Part shown: in pieces, positions 1-15,119 of the stretch
Layout: each line of letters opens with the position of its first letter
How positions within the stretch are numbered: position 1 is the stretch's first letter
Assembly (NCBI RefSeq): GCF_006345805.1
Contig: NC_043006.1
Coordinates: 95,852,001 to 95,916,000, forward strand
Source of the DNA: Octopus sinensis
Taxonomy: Eukaryota
Reading direction: 5' to 3'
Length of the DNA: 64,000 nucleotides
Notes under the pieces: model-generated
The model's database searches: none
What the model was told of the DNA's origin: nothing
The model's input: only the letters and a program-made list of their open reading frames with translations
Position numbers and translations under genes: made by a program

Positions 1-199
1 GTTGACCATATTTGATTAGGATATGGCATTCACCCAGAGTTTCTTTCACTTCACTGCAAAGGTAATTTTAATCAGTCAAATGTTGTTTTTACGCACGGTG
101 TTTAATATATTAATACTCGATGTATTAAAAAGTTATTGGTGTCCAAAGGAAAATTGCTTCAGATAATCTATTATACGAGTTCTTTTTTTTTATTTTACT

Positions 200-315
200 T
201 CCTGGCAGAATCGCCAACATGACGGCCAAAGGGTTTTGCGTCATTTCATCTGTCTTTACGTTCTGAGTTCATATACCTCCGAGGCCGACTTTGAATTTTA
301 TCCTTTCGAGGTAAT
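200..315 (+). mobile_element. Degenerate tRNA-derived SINE, family B
   Basis: CTGGCAGAATCG...GAGTTCATATACCTCCGAGGCCGACTTTGAATTTTATCCTTTCGAGG aligns by eye to the intact copy at 37987-38219. Confidence 0.6.
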
Positions 316-391
316 CCAATTTTTGGTAGTATTACATATCCATTATCCGCTTTGGAGGATCCAGAGCCGACTCCAAAAACGGATGTGGCTT

Positions 392-725
392 TGTGTGCTT
401 TGTCAGAAACATAGCAAAAGCAAAGATCCATAGAAGGGAAGACAGAGGAAAAAAAATTGCCAACGGTACACATATAGGCACAATTAGTGACTATATATAT
501 ATATATATATAATTAATCCAAACATGAAAACACAAAGAGAAAACACAGCAACGCAAGGACATGGAACAAGTATAGTATTATTGGACGCCCAGGAAGAAGG
601 GAAGAAGGAGGATTTAATGTTTTGAGAGGAGATCTTCGTCAGAAACATAGCAAAAGGAAAGATCCAAAGAAGGGAAGACGAAGGAAAAAAATCGCCAACG
701 GTACACATACAGTCACAATTAGTGA
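392..725 (-). mobile_element. Two tandem fragments of a PLE pseudo-LTR-like repeat with a decayed hammerhead
   Basis: 395-490 repeats 630-725; reverse complement matches 50425-50635; minus strand reads GTTT-CTGACGA-A-GATCTCCTCTC-AAAACATT-AAA. Confidence 0.6.
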
Positions 726-734
726 CTATATATA

Positions 735-780
735 TATATACGTGTGTGTATGTACGTATGTATGTATGTATGTATGTATG

Positions 781-812
<32 letters not shown>

Positions 813-905
813 CATGCATGTATGTATGTATGTATGTATGTATGTATGTATGTATGTATGTATATATGTGTGCATGTATGTATGTATATGTACGTATATA
901 TATAT
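735..905. repeat. (TATG)n/(TA)n microsatellite
   Basis: Direct sequence; source of the MYVCMY ORFs. Confidence 0.95.
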
Positions 906-991
906 ACGGAGATGTACTTCCATAGGCAGTGACTTGATCTGAGATCGTGTGCTGCAACGAAAATAATTGCACCGTGAGATGCAGCAAGATG

Positions 992-1043
992 TTTTGTCAG
1001 TGAACAGGTCGCGGTCTCAAAGCGACGAAAATATTTCGACAGA
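992..1043 (+). ncRNA. Candidate minimal type I hammerhead ribozyme with G3-C8 core variant
   Basis: TTTTGTCA-GTGAACA-G-GTCGC(GGTCTCAAA)GCGAC-GAAA-ATAT-TT-CGACAGA: perfect 5-bp stem II, palindromic stem III AATATT, stem I with a C-A mismatch at position 1.1. Confidence 0.55.
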
Positions 1044-1128
1044 TTAAACTTAAATGTTGAAGTGAATCTAACAGTCTTGTGTGTTTCTTAAAGGGCTTAT
1101 AAACACCTTCCCCGCTGCAATTGTATAT

Positions 1129-1184
<56 letters not shown>

Positions 1185-1213
1185 ATATGTGTGTGTGTGT
1201 GCGTGTGTGTGTC

Positions 1214-1249
<36 letters not shown>

Positions 1250-1253
<4 letters not shown>

Positions 1254-1620
1254 CAAAATAAGCAGCAAGAAAGACTCCGGTAATTTAGTAAGTTCGTTTC
1301 GTACTACATCATTTTATTAAATGTAAATATTACAACAGTTTTAAAATGTTGAGCACTCATCAGCCAATTATAGAGGTTTTCCATTAATACAAAAATTTTC
1401 ATATCCAGTGGCAACATTTTAGAGAAGGTAGATACAAAGACAAAGATGTGGATTTAAATTTTAAGAACATTTGAGGTATTGGAGCCCATCAACTGACTGA
1501 CTAAGATTCAGTTGTTCCAGACTACTGTAAGGTTCTGAGAGGGAAGAACAACTGAAAAGAGACAATAAAGATTTTCTAATTGCAGAAATGGGGTAAAGGG
1601 GATGTTATAGCTCCATATAA
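1250..1620 (-). mobile_element. Inverted PLE pseudo-LTR-like segment with hammerhead relic (1281-1371)
   Basis: Minus strand ATAATTGG-CTGATGA-GTGCTCAACATTTTA...TAAAATGATGTAGTAC-GAAACGAAC-TTA-CTAAATTA; long stem II; abuts (TA)n on the left and a Penelope RT on the right. Confidence 0.55.
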
Positions 1621-2670
1621 GGAATTTATGTAGAAGACAGCATTGTCACAACTAAATGCCAATTACTACTATTTGATGAACAGATTCAGCGTTAGGAGAA
1701 TTACAAGGTGGTCTATATAGGTTATGATGCTTTGTTTATTGTATCTAGCAACAATAATTCAAGTATTGAGAGGATGAAAAAGAAAATTAGTAAATTTTTC
1801 AAAGATTTTAACCAAGACATTACCTATGAACCTAACATCAAAATAGTTAATTTCCTAGATGTTACCTTAGACTTAAATTCAAAGCTACATTACCCATTTA
1901 GAATGGAGGGCGAGTTACCAGATATGTAAGTAAGTCATCGAATCACCCCCCGGATATACTAAAATCATTAGTTAAAAATATTTCTCAAAGAATTTTAAAA
2001 TTATCATCAAATAGTGAAATCTTTAACTCTCACTCTAATCATTATAATGTTGCATTATCTAAGGCTGGATATGACCAGGAAATCACCTTTCTTGATATGG
2101 ATAGCTTAAATCTCCTAAATAATATAGTGAATGTAAATGACAAGTAATATAGACTCTCATACCCTCCATAAACATAAATCAATAGAGGAAAAGAACCTAG
2201 TGTATAAACCTAATTATAGGAATAAAAATAGTGAACAGATCATAAATAAATATGAAAATGCTAACCTAGAAAAACCCGATAGGCATAAAAATAATACTAA
2301 AAGGAATAATAATTCTCGTTTGAATACTGATAACACTAACCCTCCCCACTCTTACTTAAACAAAAAGCATAAGAGAGAAAATGTCATCTGGTTAAATATT
2401 TCCTTTAATTGGTCGATCTCGACGAATGTGTGCAGTAAATTTATGTCTATACTTGAAAAATTTTTTAGCCTCCCATAAATATCATAAAATAATTACTAGG
2501 AAATCAGTGAGAATTTCATATTCCACTTTCCCAAGTATGGCTACCATAATAGCTAGACTTAATAGTAAAAACATTAAGTTAGCCAGGTGTAGAATGAGTA
2601 GTAACAACAATGATAGTAATAATAATTGTAAAAACAGCAATAATAATAATGTAAAGCGCTCTGTTAGCTG
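1620..2670 (+). pseudogene. Penelope-like element reverse transcriptase/thumb relic (frameshifted, 5' truncated)
   Basis: Motifs IVNFLDVTLDLN, NHPPDILKSLVKNISQRILKLSSNSEIF, RENVIWLN..FN, KYHKIITRKSVRISYSTFPSM typical of the PLE RT C-terminal region. Confidence 0.85.
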
Positions 2671-2671
2671 C

Positions 2672-3800
2672 TAGCACCCGCTGAAGGGTGGGCTAGGTAT
2701 GCCTTTCTTGTTGATGCACAGACATGCGCCCAGGCCAAGGTATCTGAGGCTCTACCTGGATGGTGAACAGGTGTGATCTCAGTTCGTTCGGTCGTTACTT
2801 CCTGAGCTTACTAGTTTGAGTGAACTAGGACCTTGAATCAAGTGTCAACCAAAGTTGGGTGCAAATGGAATGTCGTGAAGCCCCTCAAGTTTCTCTGTCA
2901 TACGGGCAACGCCAGCGGCGGATGTTCCACCTCGTCTGTCTATAGAGGATTGGTAGGGGCTCAGTGTGACGACGTCTTAGGAGAGACTCTAGGCTTCGGT
3001 GTGGATCAACTAGTCAGCCTGTTCCGAAGGATATTCGGGCCAGGACCCTTGGATAATTTCCAGGAATCCCTGGCCTGGCAGTGTTACCGAGGAGCCTTAC
3101 CAGTTTGCGATAAACTCGCAAGGCATGGTGCCCCTTGCCCACTCACGTACCCAAGATGCGATTAGGACATGGAAACCGTTCTGCACATAATAGTGCAATG
3201 CCCCCAAATCTCTGAGATGTGGGTTTACGTTGAACATCTTTTGTCACAGCAGAGAAGAGTACAACTGTCTTCCGAGTCGGTTGTAAAGATTGTTCCTCCT
3301 GCCGCTTTTAACAACGAAGACAATGCTTGTTTTCTCGCTGTGGTCGCTATAGTGTTTTGTCGCTATAGTGAAATATGTCGTATGGAAGACCTGCGTGAAA
3401 GGAATTGTGACAGACACATTCATCTCCATTTTGGATTGGTCCATTGCCTCATCTATCAGCTTAAAAGGAAAATAAGGGTGGAGAGAAAATTCCTGTCACC
3501 TGATGTATATGGAAACAGATGGAAGGCTATTGTGAGTTTGTTGCGAATGAATGAACCGACATAGTGTGTTCATAAGGCTATACTAAAAGTTACAATGTTG
3601 GTACGGGGCTTGCGGGTTCGAAGCAAAACCCGTCCCCCACTTCATTGTTTGTGTATTTGTTTCGCATATCATTTGTTTATCATTCGATCTTTAAATTTTT
3701 TTAACTCTTCCCCTCTGTGTAAAAAACATACGCACCATTGACCTCTCTCACATTTGTACCGGCCCTCTATGTTTAACGCCCTGTGGGCAATAAAGAAGAC
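2672..3800 (+). mobile_element. 5'-truncated L1/Tx1-clade non-LTR retrotransposon 3' end (ORF2 C-terminus plus 3' UTR)
   Basis: HPLKGGLGMP, then SLAWQCYRGALPV...C.RC..METVLHIIVQCP..W (zf-RVT/CCHC-like region); ORF end at 3564; AATAAA near 3787. Confidence 0.8.
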
Positions 3801-5065
3801 GTTGTTACAATTATCTGAAATGGAACGGTCAAAGCACGATATTCGAGCAGTTTTGTTATTCAACTTCAAAGAGGACGTAAAGCAACTGAAACAGCTCGTG
3901 ATATCAACGAAACATTTGGTGAAGAAATGACCAGTAAGTAGTTATTCAGTGAATGGTTGAAGACAGTTTTCTGGCTAATCTGAAGTTCCTTTTTTAGTTC
4001 TCGAGTGGTTTTACGTGGATCTTTCTCAAAGACGGTCTCTAATTGATCATCATCGATGACAGATGGTCGTCCACTACACTCACGAACTTCAAGGCTCAGT
4101 ACTCCACTGCGAAATCGTTTAAACTATTTTCGAGCTAACAATGGTTTAAACAATTTCGCAGTGGAGTACTGAGCCTTGAAGTTCGTGAGTGTAGTGGACG
4201 ACCATCTGTCACCGATGACGATCAATTAGAGACCGTCATTGAGAAAGATCCACGTAAAACCACTCGAGAACTGGAAAAAGGTACTTCAGATTAGCCAGAA
4301 AACTGTCTTCAACCATTTGCGTGCGAATGAAAAATCAAACAAGCTCGGTAGGAAATGCGCAGATGCGAAATTTGCTTGTCGCTTCTCCGTAAATAGATCG
4401 ATCTGTTTCTCGACCGTATTGTAAATTGCAATGAAAAGTGGATTCTGTACAATATTAAAACACGTTCTTCGCAAGGGTTGGACCAAAATGATGAACCGAA
4501 AACCTCCCTAAACCCGAGCTCTTCAGAAAGAATTTTATGGTGACTGTTTGGTAGTGTACTGCTGGACTCATCCACCATAACATCTTAAAACCCAGAAAAA
4601 CCATTGCTGAACAAACATATGAAATTGGTAAAATGAATGAAAAACTGCTGCTCATCCATCCCAGACTGTTCAGCAGAAAAGGGACAATCATTTTTTATGA
4701 CAATGCTCGACCACACGTTTCGCTAATGACACTCCAGGTATTGACTTGGCTACGAAATTCTTTGCCATCAAAATATTCCCCAGACATGTATCCTTACTGA
4801 CTCCCAATGTTTCCAGCAGCTTGATGGTTTCCTGCGGGAGGAGTTCGAAAATCAAACCAAGGATGACAGTGGGTTCAAAGAGTTCATCAGCTCCAGAACT
4901 CCAAGTTTTTATGCTACCGGAATAATAAAAAAAATGTAACTCGTTGGCATAAATGTGTTGATTGTAATGTTACTTACTTTGATGAATAAAATTTCCGCAT
5001 TGTTGAAAAATATTCTGATGAATTTTATGTTTCAAAACGTTGCGTACTTTTAACTCAACCACATA
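3801..5065 (+). mobile_element. Decayed mariner transposon with internal inverted duplication
   Basis: MERSKHDIRAVLLFNF N-terminus, FLDRIVNCNEKWILY, (H)DNARPH, degenerate YSPDL motif, TIR-like end near 5035-5063. Confidence 0.85.
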
Positions 5066-5083
5066 TTTGTATGTGTGTATAGA

Positions 5084-5471
5084 TATTCTTTTAATCCTTA
5101 ACTTGTTTCAGTCATTTGACTGCGTCCATGCTGGAGCAAGGCCTTTCGTCGAGCAAATCGTCACCAGGACTTATTTTTGTAAGCCTAGTACTTATTCTAT
5201 GGGTCTCTATTGCCGAACCGCTAAGTTCGGGGACGTAAACACACCAGCATCGGTTGTGAAGTGATGTTGGGAGGGGGGCAAACACACACACAAACGCACA
5301 CACATATATCTAGATATACAACAGGCTTCTTTGAGTTTCCGTCTATCAAATCCGCTCACAAGGCTTTGGTCGGCCCGAGGCTATAGTAGAAGACACTTGT
5401 CCTAGATGCCACGCAGTGGGACTGATCCAGAAACCATGTAGTTGGTAAGCAAGCTACTTACCACACAGCCA
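5084..5471 (-). mobile_element. tRNA-derived SINE family A (head plus CORE-like segment, internal microsatellite, tail ending AAAAGAGT repeats)
   Basis: Reverse complement matches copies at 21996, 31130 and 38376. Confidence 0.85.
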
Positions 5472-5544
5472 ATAAAGAGTAAAATCAATAATAATTTTAC
5501 CAGGTAGCCAGTGCGGAAATAAAACCCTTAAAGGTAAATTTTAC

Positions 5545-5693
5545 AAAATATTTTATAATTATATACATAATCATAAGGAGGCGGCTTTATGCCTCACTAC
5601 GCACGTAAGAAATAGACGCTATTTCTTACGGTTTTGGGTTACGCATAAAGCCGACCCGTTCTTATAATTATGTATATAATTATAAAATATTTT
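5545..5693. repeat. Imperfect ~150-bp palindrome
   Basis: Arms AAAATATTTTATAATTATATACATAAT..GGCTTTATGC..CGTAAGAAATAG / CTATTTCTTACG..GCATAAAGCCG..ATTATGTATATAATTATAAAATATTTT. Confidence 0.85.
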
Positions 5694-5911
5694 ATATATA
5701 TATATATATATTTATACCATATATGTATAAGTATATGTATATATATATAGATGTATAGATGTATATATATATGTATATATATGTATATATATATATATAC
5801 ACATTACAATATTTATAAGCACATTTATGTATACGTATGTACGATATAAATATATATATATACATATCATGTGTACACTTACATATATGTACATATGTAT
5901 ATATATGTGTA

Positions 5912-5957
<46 letters not shown>

Positions 5958-6075
5958 ACACATGTATATATATACATATATATAATATACGTATGTATAT
6001 ATGTATACATGTATACATTTATACATATATACATAATACATATACATATACTTTTGTCTATGAATATGTATACAC

Positions 6076-6112
<37 letters not shown>

Positions 6113-6288
6113 CGTGTGTGTTCATACATATATACGTAATACATACATTCAAGGAAATATATATACATACGTCATACTGTTGGTAGTTTTAAACATTTTA
6201 ATTACTGTCCTTGTGTCTCTCCCCCACCCCATTACAATTAGAAGCAATGTGTACCTACATATATGTCGGTGCACCAGTGTATTCCTTC

Positions 6289-6323
<35 letters not shown>

Positions 6324-6377
6324 TGTTTGTGTGCGTGTGTGTGTGTTTGTGAGTGTGTGTGTGTATGTGTGTTTGTG

Positions 6378-6424
<47 letters not shown>

Positions 6425-6440
6425 TGTGTGTGTGTCTGCT
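5690..6440. repeat. Compound (TA)n/(TG)n microsatellite block
   Basis: Direct sequence. Confidence 0.95.
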
Positions 6441-6884
6441 TGCTGTAAACAGAAAACGAAAAGAAGCTGGAAATTTTGTTTTTTCTTTTAAAATATGTTT
6501 AAGTAGAGAAATCTTTAAAATATTTAAGACTGGAACTTGTGAAACCAATTAAAGACTTGAAAACAAGTTAGATAACGCCAAAGTGATCCACTTAAGCAAA
6601 CATTTCATAATACTTGAAACGGAGTCTCTAACTCAATTGAGCATTATTGCTCTGACTGTAGCTAAGATAAGATGAGGATAGAAGATACAGGAGCTTTATC
6701 ACAGACAACCACCCTCGCGCACGCAAACACTGATGCCAAAAACACATACAAATATTTATGAGCACATCTATGCAAACACACATACACATATGCATGCATA
6801 TACATACTTGCATGCATACATGAGTGCATATATACATGTATGGGGATATGTGTGTACATGTACATTATATATACATATACATAT

Positions 6885-9375
<2,491 letters not shown>

Positions 9376-9677
9376 TTATACACATACGCGACGGGCTTCT
9401 TTCAGTTTCCGTGTGCCAAATCCACTCACATATCTTTGGTCGGCACGGGGATATGGAATACACTTACTTGAGGTCTCATGCAGTAGGACTTAACCGAGAG
9501 CAATGTGGTTGAGAAGCAACCGCCTTACCACACAGCCACCTGTCATCAGCAATCTTTTCATATTGCTTTCTCGAATCGTAAGACCTATTAGGCTCATCTA
9601 ACCAGTTCCCACGGATTGTAAGTGACCGACATCAATACACACGCACTGAAGAGGACGCCATTCTCCCGCAGGGGTCG

Positions 9678-9940
9678 AAAACACTTATAGCTCCACGAGA
9701 TTCCAGCAGGAGGTGGTGGCGAATCCTGCTGTTCTCTTTTACCACAATTTTCTCTCACTCTTTCTTCCTGTTTCTATTTTACTTGTATTTCAAAGGACCA
9801 GCCTTGTCACACGCTTTGTCACACTGAATCACCACCAGAAGGGTACACGCTCAGCACGTGCACTTTAATTTTACGAGCAGGCTATTCCGTTGATCGGATC
9901 AACTAGAACCCTCGTCGTTGTAACAGACGGAATGCCGTAA
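9678..9940 (+). mobile_element. Body and 3' part of a third SINE-like repeat (family C)
   Basis: Segment CTTGTCACACGCTTTGTCACACTGAATC resembles 42550-42640, which follows a tRNA-like head. Confidence 0.5.
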
Positions 9941-10334
9941 GATATATGCATATATATTATATAGGTTGACTGAGAGAGAGAGCGAGTGAGAGAGAGACGA
10001 AGAGAACGTATGTTTACAGATATTACGTTCCATCGTCTTACGTGCATTTCATCACCGAAGAATGGTTATTCCACATATAATGCAAACTGCATAATCTAAT
10101 TGTATTGTGAACTCTTCAGAGATGCGTAACTTGCATTCGCTTTATATGCATACACACACTCACAGACACACACACACACATACACACACACGCACGCACA
10201 CAGATATGTATATATATATCACGTGATCACGTGACCGACCAGACTATCAGATGTTGTTACACACCACTGGTCACAATGTGCTTCGCACTGTTTTAGCCTT
10301 CAAATGACGCCACCCCGCTGGCCAAGGGGTCAGG

Positions 10335-10380
<46 letters not shown>

Positions 10381-12129
10381 CGCGCATTGTTTTAAACTTT
10401 GCACTCAGTTCTCACTCTATGTAGGGTTTCATTAAAAGGCGGAAATAATTTATCATGAGAGTTATTCTATTACAACTTTTAATAGATTTCCAATAATATT
10501 TTCAAATCTATTAGTATTATCAATCTAGAAATTGTTTAGCATGGCCTTATCGCACAAAAGAATAAAAACTGTCACAAATGAACGTTTTCACTAATACTCA
10601 GTCTCTACTCTCCAAATCGTCTCCGAAAAGACAAAACAGAAAGACCAGATTAAAGACACATAGAGACATCCAAGTCTCTTCTTGCTAATTGTTTTGCCTA
10701 TGTTTTAGCATATAAAGTTAACATATTCGTCCGTAAACACATTGCCATGTTCTTCCCTTTTCAAGAGAATTGAATAATTGACCATACTGGGAATATTTAC
10801 ATGAGGACGATAACATTTCCTTGTTCATGGCGCTGAAGTTGTTGATCCAAATAGAATTTTAATGATTTTATCCATTTGCTCCTTTAGCAGATTAGACAAA
10901 GTTCCTATTCATTGGCTTCTAGAGTATTGCCAAGCCACATTCAAATGCTTTCTCAGTCGTTTGCCGTTCCATAGCAGTATCTGTGGAGAATTGAAGTCCG
11001 TAGTCTAAGTTTTTAATACCAGGAAAAACGCTAGAAGAAATTATTGCCATTGTCCGCTGAACCGCTGTAATCTGGATTACATCATGAAATATAGAAAGAT
11101 GATTTATTCGCAGCAACTCTTTTATTCATTCGTATGATTTCTGCTTACATTAGTCATACTTTTGTTTGTTTCATTTCTGTTAATCATTATAAAAATAAAG
11201 ACATCACAAATTTGAGTTTATGATACCGTAAAATATTAATGAAGATGTGCGCGCGTATGTGTGTGTGCGTATTGGCGGGTACATGGGTGTATGTGTATGT
11301 GTGTGTGTGTGAATCATATTATACAGTTGATGCTCTTGCATTTTTTCCCGCCGGATGAACCCTTTGTTGCTTCTTTCATCAACAGAATATAAATAAATCA
11401 AATGACACAGCCATTTCTATGCTCTCAGCAAACCTCATGAGTAACGATCTGGTGAAAATATTCAATTTTTCCTTCATGGGTTGAGTAAAATATAACCGTT
11501 CGTGACTAGGATCTCACAAACAATCATATTGAAGTCTAACACAGACATTTAGGTTTCATACTAAATGATACAGCATTACTTTGATATCCATATAGCTTTT
11601 CCAGAAGATGGGACTGCGTTTAGATCAAAGGGTGTAAAAGCATTAATTTTTCAAAAATATTTCGGACAGTTGTGTTGAATCTAGAAAATATATTTCAAAG
11701 AGATTAAAATAGTTTGTTAGCTTTTTATCAAGCTCCAGGGGTTAATGAGATTACCGAGTGAACTATCGGTTGATTCCTAAAACTCATCATTTTATATTAA
11801 TATCAAAGCACGTTTCATGTTGTGACCAAGTGGTTGGTCAATAATGAAGTGATTTCCGGACCAGACCCACCCGTCGGTCACCTGAGTCGAGGCATCGAGT
11901 CGGAAACACTGCGTCTGCGTATCAATGGACACAAGGTCTTAAATAAGCACACAACTACACTCACACACACATACATACGTATGCATTATGCCAACATTCG
12001 TATTGTATACCTATACGCGCGTGTGTGTGTAGGGCTCAGGGTGTGATGGTTGGAATGTTCCAAATCCTGGACCGCTTGGTGTGTTGTGTTCTTAGAACAA
12101 ACTTCATCCCAAGTTGCCCTGCGATTATT

Positions 12130-13045
12130 TTCACATCCGATGTGAGGCAGATCGTTCATCTATTCAGGGAACGTCGATTGGATGGAGATTGTGATCATTT
12201 GTATGGCACATGCATTTCAACACTATGAACAACTCATTTGTGCGCGTTATTCAGCAAAAAGTGCAAAACAGTCTTTCTCGGATATGTAAGACTACCATCA
12301 GAACCATTACAAAGGACCTCAATGTTTCAGAATACATCTTCAGAAGTGTTATACATGAGGACATCCAGTACAGATCGTATGTGATGCGGAGGAGCAGTTT
12401 GTCACAAGAAATATTCACTGTAGCTGTTCAAAAAGTTTACTAAACAAGTTAAAACACCAAAAGACTGGAATGCTTTGGTTTTCTCTGTGGAAAACTTCGA
12501 TAGTACCGAAATATAAACTGAAGGAACGAGAAATGGTTTTACAGAGATCCGAATGAGGTTCCATTGTTTATGCATGCTAGGTTCCCAGCAGCTGAGATGG
12601 TTCTGGGTGTCGTCAACAACGAGAGAGATGCCATGCCTCCAAGCTTCAAGAGTCAATGCCGCTGTCTTCATAGAGATGTTAGAAAAAGTTGAAAGAACCT
12701 GAATAGGCAGAGTACGTAACAAACACCGAACTTCGTTCAGCAAGACTCTACGCTGTCTCATTAGGCTAGAACGGGAATGCGTGCTAATCTCTTTGATTTT
12801 GTACATCCAAACACAAACCTCCTTGCTCACCAGACCTCAAACCACTAGACCATTATGTATGGGGCGTAGACGAGACAGAAGATGATCAGCGCCCCGCTCA
12901 TAACACCATACAGCTTCTCAAGTACGCCGTAACCAGCATTATGTCCTGAATTGATAAAGGTCACCTGATTCGGACATTTCAACGCTTCCGACCCCGTATT
13001 CCAGCAGCCATTGATGCTAACGGTGGATTTCATTAAATAGGAGTG
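12130..13045 (+). mobile_element. Decayed DD37D (maT/Bmmar1-like) Tc1/mariner-superfamily transposase
   Basis: TKDLNVSEYIFRSVIHEDIQYRSYVMRR, MVLGVVNNE, QQDS, SPDLKPLDHYVWG; many frameshifts. Confidence 0.75.
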
Positions 13046-13154
13046 ATAAAAGCCTTCTCAAGATTATTTGCACGAATATGTTTTCAAATGTAGCTTTTCA
13101 TTGATGAGCCATGCACCCTTTTCTAAGTGCTTACATATAACTATCTATCAATGT

Positions 13155-13463
13155 AACAGGATATCCAGAGGTAATGCAGTACGATCGTTTCAAGCGACTC
13201 CATTTAACTGAACAATGCAATCATTACATCAATCTAAGCTGAAGTGAATACAGCATGGACCTTGTCCGTCTTCTTACCCTCTTAGAGTATTTAGGTAAAA
13301 TGATACAAATATGTCCGACTGATTAAATAAATTCTATTTATATATTTATTTGTTTATGCTGCTAGGGATAGCTCTGCGTTTTTAATTGGTGTAATGATTG
13401 CATTATTCAGTTAAATGGAGTCGCTTGAAACGATCGTACTGCATCACCTCTGGATATCATGTT
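13155..13463. mobile_element. MITE-like element, ~300 bp with ~70-bp terminal inverted repeats
   Basis: 13160-13228 GATATCCAGAGGTAATGCAGTACGATCGTTTCAAGCGACTCC... inverted at 13390-13458, about two mismatches. Confidence 0.75.
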
Positions 13464-13581
13464 GCTTATTTTGATTTTATTCACCTTATTTGAAACTGTA
13501 CGGATAATTCCGCACCAATTTTTGGTGCCTCAAATTAAGTACCTAATTCATCTGAATATCAATTATTTTGCTTATCTAGCA

Positions 13582-13643
<62 letters not shown>

Positions 13644-14688
13644 TATATATGTGTGTGTGTGTGTATGTGTGTGTATGCGTGTGTGTGTGTGTGTTATATC
13701 ATATACATATGTATAGAAATGCGACTGTGTGTGTGCTTGTGTGTTTGTATGTGTATATAAGAATAAAGCCAGTATGTACGGGGGTATATCTACATAAGTA
13801 TATTTAGATATTTCTGTACGTAATTGCTTAAATATCAACTTATTAATTAATGTGAGCAATATTTCATTCACGTAATTTTGCTCGCTTTCTGATAATGCAT
13901 TCACTTTATCGACAGTCACAAATAATATGGAAACGGTACCTCGCAGGGACTGGAACTTGGTGAAAACTTCAGAACGCATCGCAGACTCTACAGACAATAC
14001 TCTAGTTGAATCAGACGATATTTTCTATCGATTGCATCAATATTCGATACTTTTAATCAAATCAATTTGCGATATCAAAGAATATCCGTTTACTGTGTAA
14101 TACATTGTATTTAACGATTGGTTGCGTGTGTTTTGTTTGTGTTTTACATTCGTTTTTTCTTTTATTTATTTCACTGAGAACTACTTGTTGTTGTTAGTGT
14201 TGTCGTTGACTGCGGCAGCGGTGGTGGTGTTTGTTTTCATTTTTGTTTCTGTCGGGGGATTCTTTGATGAGTGGATATGACAAAGTGTAGTGTTTAAGCA
14301 GACAGTGAAATATGACGTGATGTAAGGGTCAATGGTCAAGTAATTCGCTTTTTCTCGTTTTTTTGCTTGTCTTTTTTTTTGGTTTCGTTTCGTTTTCTTT
14401 TTTTTTTTTTTTTTTGCTATTTACTGTCTGACCAATATTTGACCAACGAGGACGAACGAGTCAACTAAATAGCTGCGATCGGTCGTGTCCATCTTAACTG
14501 ATTGTGATGTCGGCGTCAACGATGACGACGGCGACGATGACGATTATGATGATGGGAGGAGGAAGAGGAGGAGAGGGGGAACAGTAGAAGAGTATGACAT
14601 GTAAAGATGATTAAAAGATTAAAGCAAAATGGAAAACAATACAAAAAATTCATATTTTCCCATCAATCACACACACGCATATATATGT

Positions 14689-14719
<31 letters not shown>

Positions 14720-14723
14720 CATT

Positions 14724-14776
<53 letters not shown>

Positions 14777-14819
14777 GTATGTGTATATATATCTATATAT
14801 ATTATATATACTCAATTGC

Positions 14820-14970
14820 GGAGTAGCGTGGCCTAGCGGCTAGTGTTCTACACTCACGACCGCTAGAACGTGGTTTCGATTCCCAAGCTGTGTGTTGTGT
14901 TCTTGAACGAAACATCATTCACAATGCATCCGTCCACTCGACTGTATATGGGTAACCCTGCAACGAAATA
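14820..14970 (+). mobile_element. tRNA-derived SINE head fragment
   Basis: A-box-like GTGGCCTAGCGG, B-box-like GGTTTCGATTCC, then TGTGTTCTTGAAC CORE-like segment. Confidence 0.55.
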
Positions 14971-15119
14971 GTCTTTCGATCGGAGGAGGGGAGTTTGACC
15001 TACTTAAACAACCAGCGTGGTAATCAGCACGGTCATCATTCTCATCATTGGTCAACTAAAACAAAGTGAAAAGCGATATAAAACAACATCCGACGGCCTG
15101 GTCGTTACTTTGATGGCGT

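Noticed and set aside
9646-9700. CTGAAGA...GGTCGAAA hammerhead look-alike
   Set aside because: No stem I or stem III, and the GAAA part belongs to the adjacent SINE body
10880-11120. Possible exon in unique sequence
   Set aside because: Open frames on both strands, each with only one plausible splice site; insufficient support
14820-14900. tRNA genes at SINE heads (also 21996, 33563, 37987)
   Set aside because: A/B-box-like motifs are present, but there is no complete cloverleaf and they continue into SINE bodies
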